From: Klebsiella phage vB_KpnS-Carvaje
Sequence record: NC_071011.1
Direction: 5' to 3' (one strand)
DNA length: 56,858 nt
Part shown: piece after piece, positions 24,836 through 35,594 of the stretch
Layout: the number at the start of each line of letters is the position of its first letter
Numbering within the stretch: the first letter of the stretch is position 1
Program-made: the position numbers and the translations under genes
Notes under the pieces: model-generated
Told to the model about the DNA's origin: nothing
What the model saw: the letters and a program-made list of their open reading frames with translations, nothing else
The model's database searches: none

Positions 24836-27751
24836 GTGGCCCAATATCCTATAGATATAAAGTTAGATACCGGGTCTGCTGACCGTGATCTAAAAAATCT
24901 TAATACTCAGTTAGATCAAACTGAGAAATCAACTATTGCGGCTGCACAGGCTGCTAACCAGTTATCTGCTGCCGATCAACAGGTCGCTAAAGCATCCCAG
25001 CAATTAGCCCAACAACAAGTACAACAGGCTACTAAAGCGGCTGCTGTTGCCCGTGCTACTCGTGAGGCTGCGCAGGAACAATCGCGCCTTTTAGCCACAC
25101 AGGGCGCTGCTGCACGTGCTGCTGGTGAAACGGTCAATAACCAACAGAAGTTTGCAGATCTTGCTAAAACAATTAAACAAGCAACTGCTGATGAAAAGAA
25201 AGCAATTGACGATCTGACAAATAGCCTTAAAAAACTGGATAGCCAGCAGAATAATACAAACCAGTCAGCACAGAAAACTAATACCGCATTTGACACTATC
25301 GCAACAGGTGTTAAAGGTTTTATCGGTTTACAGGTCGTAAGCACTGTCGCTGAATGGGGTAAGGCTTTCATCGATACCGCATCTCAGGTTGAACTTTTAC
25401 AGAGTCGCATTCAGCTTTATTCAAATACGTCTGTTGAAGCAACACAGATTTTTCAGCAACTAGTACAACAGGCTAACCGTGCGGGTACAGATATTAATGC
25501 TGTAGCCAACAGTTTTCAGCGTTTTGCAGCTGCTGGTAAAGATGCCGGGATCAGTAATCAGGTTATTCTGCAGTTCACCGACAACCTGCAGAAAATGGCG
25601 CGTATTTCCGGCGCATCATCACAGGAAGCATCTGCCGCTATTTACCAGTTATCACAGGCGTTTGCATCTGGTCGATTACAGGGTGATGAATTCCGGTCTG
25701 TTTCGGAACAGATGCCTACTGTTTTGCAGGTGTTAGCTAAACAGTTAGGTGTCACCACGGGTGAATTAAAACAAATGGGTTCTGAGGGACTCATTACCCG
25801 TGATCAAATGTTGTTGTTAAACAACGCCACCGACGATATTAACGCACAGTTCGACCGTATGCCGCGTACCGTCGATCAGGCTGCTACAGCATTGCAGAAT
25901 AACCTTTCTGTGGCTATCGCTGAACTGGATCAGCAGATCGGTGCGTCTAAATTTCTGGCGAAATTCCTCGATTTACTGGCAGGCGGTGTATCCGGGGTTA
26001 CTGACCTGGTCAAAGCCGCTGGTGAAATTGATAAAATGGCGCAGGCTACAAATAACCTTAACGCCGTTACCAGTCAGCGTGAATCGAACCTGAAAGAGAT
26101 CGCGGATCTTGAGAAACAGATCCAGAATGGTTACACCACGCAATCAATCGGTGGTTATACCAAATTTGTTAACAGCACTGCTGATGCACAAAAACGCCTG
26201 ACTGAACTTAAAAAAATTGATGTTCAGTTAACAAAACAACAGGCAGACGCACAACGTCAGGTAACACAGGCTACCCCACTGGGTAAAGGTGTTGCTGAAA
26301 ACCTGGCGTCACAGGCAAGCCAGTTAGCATCGCTGAATAAAAGTGTCACGGCTGCTGGCCGTCCTGATGCAGATGCAGCCAAACAGATTAAAAACCTGCA
26401 GGAACAATTCACTTATACTAAAGCGCTTGCCGATGGTAACTACGAACTGGCCGCTGCTCAAAAACTGGGTAATAAAGCCACCAAAGACCAGATTTCTTCT
26501 TACGCTGCGTTACTGAAACAGCAGGCAGAGTATAAGCAAGGTCTTAAAGACGATAAAAAAGCCCAGTCAGAGGCCGCAGCGGCTGCTAAACGTGCACAGA
26601 AAGAACTGGAACGTAATCAGGCTGCGAATGAAAAATATTTAAAAACACTCAACAATAAAGTTACTGCAGGTCAATATGATGTTCAGTTGGCCCGTGAGCA
26701 GGTTCAATTAAGTCTCACGCAGGGTGCATCAGTTGATCAGCTTACGGCAGCGTATCAGAAGTCCTATCAGGTACAGCAGCAGTTAACGCTACAGTCACAA
26801 CAGGCAGAAGCACAATCACGCCTGAATAAAGATGCTACGGACGCTGAACGTAAAGCGGTTGATGAACAGGTTGCAGCGCTTCAGCGCCAGCAGGAGGCTA
26901 AACGCCTTGCTGCACAGGTTTCCCAGGTTCAAAGCGATGTTACCAGTACGCTTAACCCGGTTCAGGGACAAATGGACCAGATTAACCAGCAGGAAGCACA
27001 GCGTTTAACTGTTGCTGAACAGGCACGCCAACAGGATCTGATTAACGAACAGCAGTACCAGGATCTGAAAACGCAGATCATGATGGCGGGTGAACAACAG
27101 CGCAATGATGTGATGACTGCTAATAATGCGATGTTGCTGGGTGCAACTGGCGATCTTTTTGGTGGTCTGGCTGATGTTTTAAAGAATGCGCAAGGTGAAC
27201 AGTCAAGTATCTATAAAACGATGTTTGCAGCAAGTAAAGCATTCGCCATTGCGCAGGCGTCTGTTCTTCTGTGGCAAAACGTCAGTAAAGCAATGGCGAT
27301 TGGTTTCCCTCAGAACATCCCATTTATTGCGGGTGCTTTAGCACAGGGTACGTCTATTTTAAGTAGCCTATCATCAGTTGCTGCAACCGGGTTTGCAACG
27401 GGTGGTTTAGTCACTGGCCCAGGTACAGGGCAGAGTGATAGCATTAACGCACGTTTAAGTAACGGTGAATTCGTCAGTACTAAACAAGCAACAAGTCGTT
27501 ATCGTGATACACTGGAATCAATGAACCGTGGCACCTATACACCGGGTTCTGAGGGTGGATCAGGAACTAACGTACAAGTTCACAACTATGTTGGTGAGCG
27601 TGTACAGGTCAAGCAAGGATTAACCCGTGACGATGTAGTTCTGATTATCGGTGAAGAATTCCCGCGTCAGTCTGCCGCACAATGGAATAACCCGTACAGC
27701 CAGACTAACAAATCATTCAGATCGAATTACGATGTGAACAGGAAACTTTAA
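24836..27751 (+). CDS. tail tape measure protein
   Basis: about 971 aa, Q/A-rich coiled coil, follows G/GT; GTG start 7 nt after AGGAGG. Confidence 0.85.
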   Translation: MAQYPIDIKLDTGSADRDLKNLNTQLDQTEKSTIAAAQAANQLSAADQQVAKASQQLAQQQVQQATKAAAVARATREAAQEQSRLLATQGAAARAAGETVNNQQKFADLAKTIKQATADEKKAIDDLTNSLKKLDSQQNNTNQSAQKTNTAFDTIATGVKGFIGLQVVSTVAEWGKAFIDTASQVELLQSRIQLYSNTSVEATQIFQQLVQQANRAGTDINAVANSFQRFAAAGKDAGISNQVILQFTDNLQKMARISGASSQEASAAIYQLSQAFASGRLQGDEFRSVSEQMPTVLQVLAKQLGVTTGELKQMGSEGLITRDQMLLLNNATDDINAQFDRMPRTVDQAATALQNNLSVAIAELDQQIGASKFLAKFLDLLAGGVSGVTDLVKAAGEIDKMAQATNNLNAVTSQRESNLKEIADLEKQIQNGYTTQSIGGYTKFVNSTADAQKRLTELKKIDVQLTKQQADAQRQVTQATPLGKGVAENLASQASQLASLNKSVTAAGRPDADAAKQIKNLQEQFTYTKALADGNYELAAAQKLGNKATKDQISSYAALLKQQAEYKQGLKDDKKAQSEAAAAAKRAQKELERNQAANEKYLKTLNNKVTAGQYDVQLAREQVQLSLTQGASVDQLTAAYQKSYQVQQQLTLQSQQAEAQSRLNKDATDAERKAVDEQVAALQRQQEAKRLAAQVSQVQSDVTSTLNPVQGQMDQINQQEAQRLTVAEQARQQDLINEQQYQDLKTQIMMAGEQQRNDVMTANNAMLLGATGDLFGGLADVLKNAQGEQSSIYKTMFAASKAFAIAQASVLLWQNVSKAMAIGFPQNIPFIAGALAQGTSILSSLSSVAATGFATGGLVTGPGTGQSDSINARLSNGEFVSTKQATSRYRDTLESMNRGTYTPGSEGGSGTNVQVHNYVGERVQVKQGLTRDDVVLIIGEEFPRQSAAQWNNPYSQTNKSFRSNYDVNRKL

Positions 27752-27753
27752 TC

Positions 27754-28257
27754 ATGGCAAATACTGACGATTTACCACGGCTTGAATATGGGGGTGAAAT
27801 GGTTCGCCCCGCCCGTGATAATTATAATTATAATCCCCCGTGGGGTGCGACTAAATCAGATATTGCCGGGACACTATCGCGGCTGGGGCGTAGCGCTTTC
27901 GGTGGTCCGGCTGATGTTTCCTGTACTGTTCAGTTGCATAGTCCAGCAATGCTTCAGTGGTGGGACGATTTCTACAACCTTGAAATTGCAGAAGGTACGA
28001 AACGCTTCGTGATGGAACTATTTGTTAACGGTTTTATTCAGGAACACGTAGTACAGATCGTATCACGACCAGCAGCAGTTACAGTAGGCTGGAAAGGAAG
28101 TATTGACCTGCAGTTACAGGCAGTGCCGATTATTGATCGCTGTGCGATGGTGTCCCGTTTACTTATCACTAAATGCCAAGGTGATCATTCATCTTGCTAT
28201 ATTAACGATCTGATTGATTTAGGTTTATCTCTGAATAACGCCTGGACAACAGAATGA
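27754..28257 (+). CDS. minor tail protein (distal tail / tail assembly, putative)
   Basis: 167 aa, position after the tape measure gene. Confidence 0.4.
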   Translation: MANTDDLPRLEYGGEMVRPARDNYNYNPPWGATKSDIAGTLSRLGRSAFGGPADVSCTVQLHSPAMLQWWDDFYNLEIAEGTKRFVMELFVNGFIQEHVVQIVSRPAAVTVGWKGSIDLQLQAVPIIDRCAMVSRLLITKCQGDHSSCYINDLIDLGLSLNNAWTTE

Positions 28258-28760
28258 AAGACGAACTGAAAGAACTATTAACAGTTGCCACGACGGGTAA
28301 AGGAGTGGTTGACGGCATAAAACTTAACCATAGTTCCTGGCCGCAGCCACTTTATATCACCAGTGTTTACCCCGGCTTTACGGCAGTACATGAAGATGGT
28401 CTGGAATATGATTACGAATATATTCCTATGTCTGTTAAAAAAGCGAACAAGCAAAACGACTTATCACAGGATTATAGTTTCACTATTCAGGATCTGAACG
28501 AGGTTGTCGGGGTTTATCTGGACCTGATACCGCTTGACAGTGAAGAAAAACCATCGGTGGAGTTGCGAACCTTCGTGTATCGTGAGGACGGATCTATTTC
28601 TGATATTCAGGATGGTCCGTATGTGCTCGAATCGGGTGATATCACTACTGAGCCGCAAGGGTGCACGTTTACAGCTACACCACCTATCACTAACTTTTCA
28701 GGAACAGGTGAACTGTATACCTTCGAACTTTTCCCCTCATTGCTGGCATATACATCATGA
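28254..28760 (+). CDS. minor tail protein (putative)
   Basis: 168 aa, position. Confidence 0.4.
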   Translation: MKDELKELLTVATTGKGVVDGIKLNHSSWPQPLYITSVYPGFTAVHEDGLEYDYEYIPMSVKKANKQNDLSQDYSFTIQDLNEVVGVYLDLIPLDSEEKPSVELRTFVYREDGSISDIQDGPYVLESGDITTEPQGCTFTATPPITNFSGTGELYTFELFPSLLAYTS

Positions 28761-29116
28761 TCGGCGATCGTTATGATGTTGATAAGTGGAACTGTACACA
28801 TGAAGTCAGTCAGTGGTACAGGTTAAATAATTATCCTCATCAGTTGCAAAGTGTCAACAGTAGTGAATGGGGTGTATCGTTCGTCAGATGGATGCGTAAG
28901 CGTTTTACACCATTGGTTAAGCCTGAACAGGGCGCGTTAGTTTTAATGAAAAATCGTTGTTCTGGTGGGCTTCACGTTGGCGTTTGGGATGACGGTATGG
29001 TTCACCATTGCTATCAGCCTCCCGGTGATACACCAGGACAAACCATAAGAACGCCTCTAAGTATAATAAAATGTTCTCATAAAGATGTGACTTTCTGGAG
29101 AATGAAAAATGTCTAA
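28757..29116 (+). CDS. minor tail protein, possibly NlpC/P60-like (lambda K-like position)
   Basis: 119 aa; Cys (WNCTHEV) and His (GLHVGVW) spaced as in papain-like folds; weak. Confidence 0.3.
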   Translation: MIGDRYDVDKWNCTHEVSQWYRLNNYPHQLQSVNSSEWGVSFVRWMRKRFTPLVKPEQGALVLMKNRCSGGLHVGVWDDGMVHHCYQPPGDTPGQTIRTPLSIIKCSHKDVTFWRMKNV

Positions 29117-31646
29117 AGTTGTTTATCACACAGTGCCGATTGAAAAAGCTGAAAATGTTGATTTTGGTGAATGGTTGCTGAAACGCTGGCCTGTTGGGTC
29201 TGTTCGTCCGCGTGGGTTACTGATTTTTAAAAATGACGAAAACATTACTCACGAATGGGTGAACAATCCATTAGTTTTAAACGATCCTGATGCAACGTAT
29301 CATATTTACGAACTTCCACGCGGTGGCATTGTAAGCGCTATTACTGGCGTGATCGGTGCTATCCTTAACCCTATTTTAAAAATATTCACACCGCAAGGGA
29401 ACGTTTCAAACGCAACTATAAACAGTAAAATAAAATCATCGAATAACTCACTACAAGGTCGTTCTAATGATTCACGACCAGGCGAACGAATTGCAGATAT
29501 TCGTGGTATGGTCAGAGCATACCCGGATCTGTTAATGAACTACAATATTTTTAAAGACGGTACAGAGTTTGAATGTCAGTTTCTTTGTCTGGGTGCTGGT
29601 TCTTACGTTACTGATGAAATCAGTGATGGTGTAACACCTATTACTAACGTATCTGGTTCTCAAATTTCAATCTATGAACCGGGAACTGGACCCGGTTATG
29701 GTTCACCTTCAAAGGTTATCAACGGTGCTATCGATATCGCATCCTTCCCCGTGGTTATCGCTAAAGAATCGAATGAAGTTGATGGCGCTGAACTATTCCC
29801 GCCGAACTATGCCGATGTTAGTTCTGGGAATGTAACCTATACAATATATTCTACTGGTCAAATAGATGCCGTCAGCAATGATGATGATAACCCTATTAAC
29901 TGGTCTGATCGTGTAGCGATTGGTGATGATTTTGTAATATCAGGTTTTATTTCACTAGAAGAACAAATAGTGGGTGGTGTACCAACAGGTTTATATTATC
30001 TACATGATTTAAGTGGTACATATCAGGTTACTGGAACATCTGATGACGGTGTATTACTAGACGTGTCTGGAAATTCGAACTGGTCTTTTCTTTCTTCCAC
30101 TGGACAGGCACCTTATACGACTGTTTACGATGTTGGTGGTGGTCTGTACTCATTAAGTGCTTCATCTGGCGGTACTAAAATTACTTATAAACCGAGTATG
30201 GATACAACCCGCCCTTATAGTGTCGGCCCGTACTTAATGATTAATTCACCGAAAATTCTGGTGAATGCTTACGCTCAAAACGGTATTTATCGTCGTCGCT
30301 ATTACATTACCCCGTTTGATGTAACTTTGCGTGTAACCGTATCTAATTATGATAATCCGTCAGATCCTGAATATACATTCGACTTTGTAGTTAAGGGATC
30401 GACAAGTGCTACAGGCGCGTCTTTATTATTTGATAATCCTTATCCAGATGCAGCGTTTATCAGGATGCAACGTATCACAGATACAACATTAAATGAAAGT
30501 ATTTCAACAATCGATACTGTTAAATGGCGCGATATGTATGGTATCACTGATATTTCACCTCGCAGTTATGGTAATGTCACAACCATTCATTCTGTAACTA
30601 AAGCAACGTCAGCAGCTTTAAAACTAAAAGAAAGAAAATTAAATATGCTTGCTACCAGAATTTATAACGGTAGTCCAAGTAGTAATTTTGCGGATGTTGT
30701 TATGTCGATGCATCTTGATCCGCACTTTGGACGTCGCGACTTATCCACAATTGATGTTGATGCTTTATATGCTGTACAACAGCAGTTACTTGATTATTTC
30801 GGCGATCCCCGTGCTATTCAGGTTGGGTATACGTTTGACGATAACGGGACCACCTATGAAGAAGCGTTGCAAACCATTTGTAATACGGTCAACGTAACCC
30901 CATATCAGGTGGGTAGCGTGCTTTACTTTTGGCCTGAGTTACCACAATCAGTATCTGCAATGCAATTTGGGCACGCGTTTAAAGTACCAGATACTGATAA
31001 ACGTACCCGTGCATTTGCACCACCAAAAGAATACACGGGCGTTCAGGTTAAATACTTCGACCACGATGAAAAATCATATCTTTACGTTACAATCGGTGAA
31101 GAAACTAACCTGAATAAAATAGATTTAGTTGCCTGCCAGTCAAAATATCTGGCTACAATTCGTGCTAATCGTGAGATGAATAAACTACGTTATCAGCGTA
31201 TTACCCACGAATGCACCGCGCTTAGTATCGGTTTACAAGCTACCCCCGGAATGCGCGTGGATATGATTGATAATACCAGAATGAAACAACATGAAGGTGT
31301 GATCGTTGATGTTGATGGTTTAACACTGACGTTGAGTGATCCTGTTGATTTTGTTACAGGTAATACGTATTCAATCACGATAACAGGTCGTTTAGGCACG
31401 CTTGAAAACATACCAGTTTCACCCGGTGATGATGAATTTACCGTTGTATTACAGTCAGCACCGACAGAAGAAATATATACCGGGTGGTTACAGGATCGGA
31501 CCAGTTATATCATCAGAACGGATGATGAACGTAGTAAGCTGGCGATGCTGGTAAAGACTATGGAACCGTCAGGCGCTGATAACAACTATCAGGTGGGTTT
31601 AACGTGCATCAATTACGATGCACGTTATTACCAGGATGATGTTTAA
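29109..31646 (+). CDS. tail tip / central tail fibre protein (J-like, putative)
   Basis: 845 aa, last gene of the rightward tail operon. Confidence 0.5.
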   Translation: MSKVVYHTVPIEKAENVDFGEWLLKRWPVGSVRPRGLLIFKNDENITHEWVNNPLVLNDPDATYHIYELPRGGIVSAITGVIGAILNPILKIFTPQGNVSNATINSKIKSSNNSLQGRSNDSRPGERIADIRGMVRAYPDLLMNYNIFKDGTEFECQFLCLGAGSYVTDEISDGVTPITNVSGSQISIYEPGTGPGYGSPSKVINGAIDIASFPVVIAKESNEVDGAELFPPNYADVSSGNVTYTIYSTGQIDAVSNDDDNPINWSDRVAIGDDFVISGFISLEEQIVGGVPTGLYYLHDLSGTYQVTGTSDDGVLLDVSGNSNWSFLSSTGQAPYTTVYDVGGGLYSLSASSGGTKITYKPSMDTTRPYSVGPYLMINSPKILVNAYAQNGIYRRRYYITPFDVTLRVTVSNYDNPSDPEYTFDFVVKGSTSATGASLLFDNPYPDAAFIRMQRITDTTLNESISTIDTVKWRDMYGITDISPRSYGNVTTIHSVTKATSAALKLKERKLNMLATRIYNGSPSSNFADVVMSMHLDPHFGRRDLSTIDVDALYAVQQQLLDYFGDPRAIQVGYTFDDNGTTYEEALQTICNTVNVTPYQVGSVLYFWPELPQSVSAMQFGHAFKVPDTDKRTRAFAPPKEYTGVQVKYFDHDEKSYLYVTIGEETNLNKIDLVACQSKYLATIRANREMNKLRYQRITHECTALSIGLQATPGMRVDMIDNTRMKQHEGVIVDVDGLTLTLSDPVDFVTGNTYSITITGRLGTLENIPVSPGDDEFTVVLQSAPTEEIYTGWLQDRTSYIIRTDDERSKLAMLVKTMEPSGADNNYQVGLTCINYDARYYQDDV

Positions 31647-31683
31647 AATAATTCTTGAGTGATTATAGGCAGATTAGTAAAAT
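31645..31683 (+). promoter_or_regulatory. promoter cassette, copy 7 (rightward; -35 TTGAGT, 17 bp, -10 TAAAAT); would read antisense into the tailspike cassette
   Basis: AAAATAATTCTTGAGTGATTATAGGCAGATTAGTAAAAT. Confidence 0.4.
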
Positions 31684-31718
31684 TCACTGCCAGGTTAACA
31701 CTAGCGGTGAATTTTACT
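31676..31718. repeat. perfect 12-bp inverted repeat AGTAAAATTCAC / GTGAATTTTACT with 19-nt loop, between two convergent gene ends
   Basis: Read directly; overlaps the -10 of copy 7. Confidence 0.7.
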
Positions 31719-31983
31719 CTGAAATCTCCTTTTTAAGTGCCGTTTCTGCATCCTCAAAAATTGTTGCAAGGTCACTAAATTCGAAAGAATAGTACATCTG
31801 ACCTGTAGCATCCAGCCCTTCAACCTGTGTATCAAACAGCACCGTTGCAGTAGTCCCATTGATACTGTCGACCCCTTTGGCAGTATATGTCACAGCTACA
31901 GGTGTGGCACTAAGTGGCTCAACGAGATTAAGGTATGGAATAGTACGAAACGACTTCAAATTTTGCGTGATGGTAAATGACAT
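31714..31983 (-). CDS. hypothetical protein downstream of the tailspike (possible chaperone/accessory)
   Basis: 89 aa, co-oriented with and immediately after the tailspike. Confidence 0.35.
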   Translation of the reverse strand: MSFTITQNLKSFRTIPYLNLVEPLSATPVAVTYTAKGVDSINGTTATVLFDTQVEGLDATGQMYYSFEFSDLATIFEDAETALKKEISE

Positions 31984-31984
31984 T

Positions 31985-34141
31985 TTAGACTCCTGCTACC
32001 CGTGAAACTTCTACCCAGCCCTGACGGAACCCCGTGTTCATCGCCATCAGGGTTATCGTGCATGCACCCGTCACCGCACCGCCAGGAAGGAAAATATTCC
32101 CTCCGGCAACCAGGCAATTTGATGTGTCTGCACATCTGACAACCATCCGCTTACCTGTATGGCAGTATCCGATGTTGGCTACATTTCCCGAGGCATTCCA
32201 CGTCCAGGATTCATCATAGCCAAGAGGGTCTGTACCCTCAGAGAGCGTCAGTGATGAAGACTGAAGTGATTTGCCTCTCACATTGATTATTGACTGCCGG
32301 CGCGATGCGGTGGTCATTGCCGTATTGGTGTAAACGGTTCCTGCCACGCTTCCGTTATATTTATCAACGTTTACGTCTGCCTTTACCGATGAGGCAGCAA
32401 CATTAAACAGTGAGGTCTGATAATCGCTGGTAACCGCCCCTAATAACGTCAGGTTTTCAATATCAATTTTGCAGTTCCAGTTGATGTACATGAAGGCATT
32501 TGGCCGCGCCAGGCGAATAGCCTTAGCACGGAAAACAACCTCACCCTCAAAATCAAACGGTGAGAGCTGATTCGCCCCGTTATATCCGTACCCGTCCACA
32601 TGCATCATGTCAATATCAGCGACCAGCTGAACGCACGCAGTCGCACTCGCCCAGTTTGTACGGTGGATGCGGAACCAACGCAACCCAGTGTACCCGCCCA
32701 AATCTGACGGACTCATAAACGAGCCGGCCCGGATTGATACGTGTCGGCCATTGCTGTCCAGCCAGTATACGGAAATACCAGATGGGTGGCTTACGAATAC
32801 GTTATCAAATTTGATGCCCTCTGATGTGGACCCGTAAATCTGGTTAACAGGAACAAGGTTGTTTCTGCTGTTATTTTCAAATTTGCACATTCCGCCAAAT
32901 AGAATGTTGTTTGACGAGCCGCGAATATATGACACACCTGAATAGTTGTTTTCAAAATGGCAGCTCATAAATCTTATTGCATTACAGCTATCGTGCTTAT
33001 TCAACATGTTAATCTGGTGGGTAACATCCGAAGTTGCGGTGAGGAATCGGCCGCCGGAGTTTACCCTCACCTGGTTAAATACCCCATCCATCGTGTCGGT
33101 CATATCAAAAGCAGATAGTGGCGGAGACCACACCTGGACGTTCTCCACAGCAAAATCCCAACCAACGCCGTAGAATTTGAAAATCTTCTTACGTATCCAC
33201 GTTGGTGTTTCCCCAAGCACCGTAAAATCACTAAGGTACAATTCTGAAATACGCACACGTCCGGTAGAACTCCACCCAGATGAGGAGAAGTCAAACAGGT
33301 AGTCGTCGTCGGATGCCGCGCTGGGGTGTATGGTGAATACCGTCTGATATATCCCTTCGCCGCACATTGCAAAAGGGCCGAAGGTGAGTTGTACCTTCGT
33401 TTTGATATGCAGCAACCCTGCAGGGAGATTAATTCTGCGCCGGGGAATATGCTCTACGCTGGTTGAGCCTAAAGCGGCCATGGCAGCAATAGCACGGTTA
33501 AGCCCAAGCCCGTAATCCACAAAACCATCTACAACATCCGTGTCGTATACAAAATCCAAGAGATTAACACTGTCCCAGTTTTTGTCGTGCTGAGTTCTGG
33601 CCACGGATCCTGCGTATGGTTGTTTGGTAGCAAGTAGTGCATCTCCCATGCCGTCTGCACTAGAAGCCAGATTTTGACGAAGCGTATCGCCATCCATCAG
33701 AACGAAGTGAATAACATCGTTTGCAAAGGTAGTCGCTGAGGTGCCGGTTGTGGTAAAACCGACATCCGTAGCGGCATTCAGTCGGTAATACTGGTTATTG
33801 TAGCGGATGTACTGGTTACGGGCGCTGAACTGAAATGGACCATCTTGATAGTCACCGAGAAACACGTAACCTGATGAAAGGAGGAACTGTTGAAATCGTG
33901 CTTCTTTATCTGCCTGCGAGGCTACAAATTCGTTTTCTCTTTCAGTTTGAGCCGTCTGAAACTGAGTTTCCATACCGTCAAGCGTTAAGTTTGTAACTTG
34001 CTCACCGCGAATGGTATCAGTTACAGTTAAAGCATATGCACCGTTAGCATCTTTGCTTTTAGCTACATGTTCTATGTGCTGGACTGCTTGTTTACCTGTT
34101 TTAAGATCATCAGCACTGATATAATCACTGCAGTTAGCCAT
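31985..34141 (-). CDS. tailspike / receptor-binding protein with right-handed beta-helix (pectate-lyase-like) domain
   Basis: 718 aa; conserved tail-fibre N-terminal anchor region, then beta-helix hallmarks (NNILFGG, CHFENN, repeated N/G/S-rich rungs). Confidence 0.65.
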   Translation of the reverse strand: MANCSDYISADDLKTGKQAVQHIEHVAKSKDANGAYALTVTDTIRGEQVTNLTLDGMETQFQTAQTERENEFVASQADKEARFQQFLLSSGYVFLGDYQDGPFQFSARNQYIRYNNQYYRLNAATDVGFTTTGTSATTFANDVIHFVLMDGDTLRQNLASSADGMGDALLATKQPYAGSVARTQHDKNWDSVNLLDFVYDTDVVDGFVDYGLGLNRAIAAMAALGSTSVEHIPRRRINLPAGLLHIKTKVQLTFGPFAMCGEGIYQTVFTIHPSAASDDDYLFDFSSSGWSSTGRVRISELYLSDFTVLGETPTWIRKKIFKFYGVGWDFAVENVQVWSPPLSAFDMTDTMDGVFNQVRVNSGGRFLTATSDVTHQINMLNKHDSCNAIRFMSCHFENNYSGVSYIRGSSNNILFGGMCKFENNSRNNLVPVNQIYGSTSEGIKFDNVFVSHPSGISVYWLDSNGRHVSIRAGSFMSPSDLGGYTGLRWFRIHRTNWASATACVQLVADIDMMHVDGYGYNGANQLSPFDFEGEVVFRAKAIRLARPNAFMYINWNCKIDIENLTLLGAVTSDYQTSLFNVAASSVKADVNVDKYNGSVAGTVYTNTAMTTASRRQSIINVRGKSLQSSSLTLSEGTDPLGYDESWTWNASGNVANIGYCHTGKRMVVRCADTSNCLVAGGNIFLPGGAVTGACTITLMAMNTGFRQGWVEVSRVAGV

Positions 34142-34169
34142 CTTTTAACCCTCGTGGGAGTGTGGAACA

Positions 34170-34493
34170 ATGTCAGAGAATCAATTGTTAAAATATTGGC
34201 CCATCATAACATTTATTGTGAGTGGTGCGGTAGGTTTTGGTGTTCTCCAGAACCAGGTTAACGCAACGGGTCGTGATGTTGCTGATGCCAAAGTAAAAGC
34301 GAACGAGGCGTTTACACTAGCCAAACGGATCGAATCCCGCGTGGATGTTCACGATGTAAAATTAGAATATCAGGCCGTACAGAATACTCAAATCCTTTCC
34401 AGCGTCAAAGAACTTACCCAGTCTACCAACGATCTTAAAGTCGTCATCGAAGGTCTTAAAAATCAACGTCGTATAGAAGGTGAATCACGATGA
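34170..34493 (+). CDS. putative holin/lysis-associated protein (single N-terminal TM plus coiled coil)
   Basis: 107 aa; TM YWPIITFIVSGAVGFGVL; first gene of the lysis cassette, RBS GGGAG. Confidence 0.4.
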   Translation: MSENQLLKYWPIITFIVSGAVGFGVLQNQVNATGRDVADAKVKANEAFTLAKRIESRVDVHDVKLEYQAVQNTQILSSVKELTQSTNDLKVVIEGLKNQRRIEGESR

Positions 34494-34957
34494 GTAAGCT
34501 GATCGAAATCCTTAATTTTGAAGAAGGTTATAAAGAAAAACCGTACATCGACTCTCGTGGTTATCCGACAGTTGCCGGTGGTATTCTGATTGGTCCTAAA
34601 GGTGCATCACTGAGTAATTACACATTCACAGTCCCCCGTGAAGTTGGTGATGTATGGAAACAATCTATCATTCGTCAAAAAACATCTGAAATTAAAAATT
34701 ACCCGGATATTCTCAGCGCGTTGAAACAGTGTAATGATGCGCGTACCGATATCATCATGAGCATGGCTTATCAGATGGGCGTAGCTGGTTTAGCTGGTTT
34801 TAAAAACACTTTGAAAATGATTTCCACGGGGGATTTCAAAGGCGCTGCTAACGGTATGATGAACAGTGCATGGGCTAAACAAACACCAAATCGTGCTAAA
34901 CGTCATGCACAGGTTATGAGCGACGGTACTTACAAAGCATATGAAGGGCTAATCTAA
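34490..34957 (+). CDS. endolysin, T4-lysozyme-like (GH24)
   Basis: 155 aa; N-terminal EEGYKEKPYIDSRGYPTVAGG matches the catalytic Glu/Asp/Thr region of phage lysozymes. Confidence 0.85.
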   Translation: MSKLIEILNFEEGYKEKPYIDSRGYPTVAGGILIGPKGASLSNYTFTVPREVGDVWKQSIIRQKTSEIKNYPDILSALKQCNDARTDIIMSMAYQMGVAGLAGFKNTLKMISTGDFKGAANGMMNSAWAKQTPNRAKRHAQVMSDGTYKAYEGLI

Positions 34958-35199
34958 TGGATATGTTCAGCATGTTTCGTAATGCGGCGGGTGGTATCTC
35001 GCTGAGTCGTGCACAGGCTGCATTAGGTTTCCTGGTGGTAACCGGGATCCTGATTTACCAGGCAGTTGACCAAACGTTAGACAATACCGTTCTGTTAACT
35101 TATTTTGGTTTCTGTATCGGTCAGTATGTTGGCGCTAAAAAGATCGCCGTTGATAAGGATATCAAAGAACAGAAAATTGATGCGGGGTTGAACCCATGA
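34957..35199 (+). CDS. small two-TM membrane protein (holin/antiholin candidate)
   Basis: 80 aa with two hydrophobic helices. Confidence 0.4.
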   Translation: MDMFSMFRNAAGGISLSRAQAALGFLVVTGILIYQAVDQTLDNTVLLTYFGFCIGQYVGAKKIAVDKDIKEQKIDAGLNP

Positions 35200-35594
35200 C
35201 TATTCGTAGTTTTACAATCACTGCAATCGCACTTTTACTGGCTTTAACAGCAGGTGGTATAACCTGTTATAAGGCCGGGTATAAAGCGAGGGTGAATGAA
35301 GAAAAACAGGAAAAATTAAACGATGCTCAACAGGAACAGCTACGTTTAAAAGCACAGCAGCAGTTGGCTGATAACGTTTTACGGGGTCTTGCTGACTGGT
35401 CACAAAATACTAAAATAGTGGAAATTCGTCATGAAAAAACTAATACTGTTTTTCGTAATGAGTGTCTTACTCCTGAATATCAGCGCCTGTACAACGAACG
35501 AGTTACCGAAGCAGAAAGCCGTTTATCAGGCCGCACTGGTTCAGAAGTGTCAGACCGAAAACCTGCCACGGCTAAACGGTCTGACGGGAACTGA
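35196..35594 (+). CDS. i-spanin (Rz-like)
   Basis: 132 aa; N-terminal TM, coiled-coil body; o-spanin embedded in the +1 frame. Confidence 0.65.
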   Translation: MTIRSFTITAIALLLALTAGGITCYKAGYKARVNEEKQEKLNDAQQEQLRLKAQQQLADNVLRGLADWSQNTKIVEIRHEKTNTVFRNECLTPEYQRLYNERVTEAESRLSGRTGSEVSDRKPATAKRSDGN

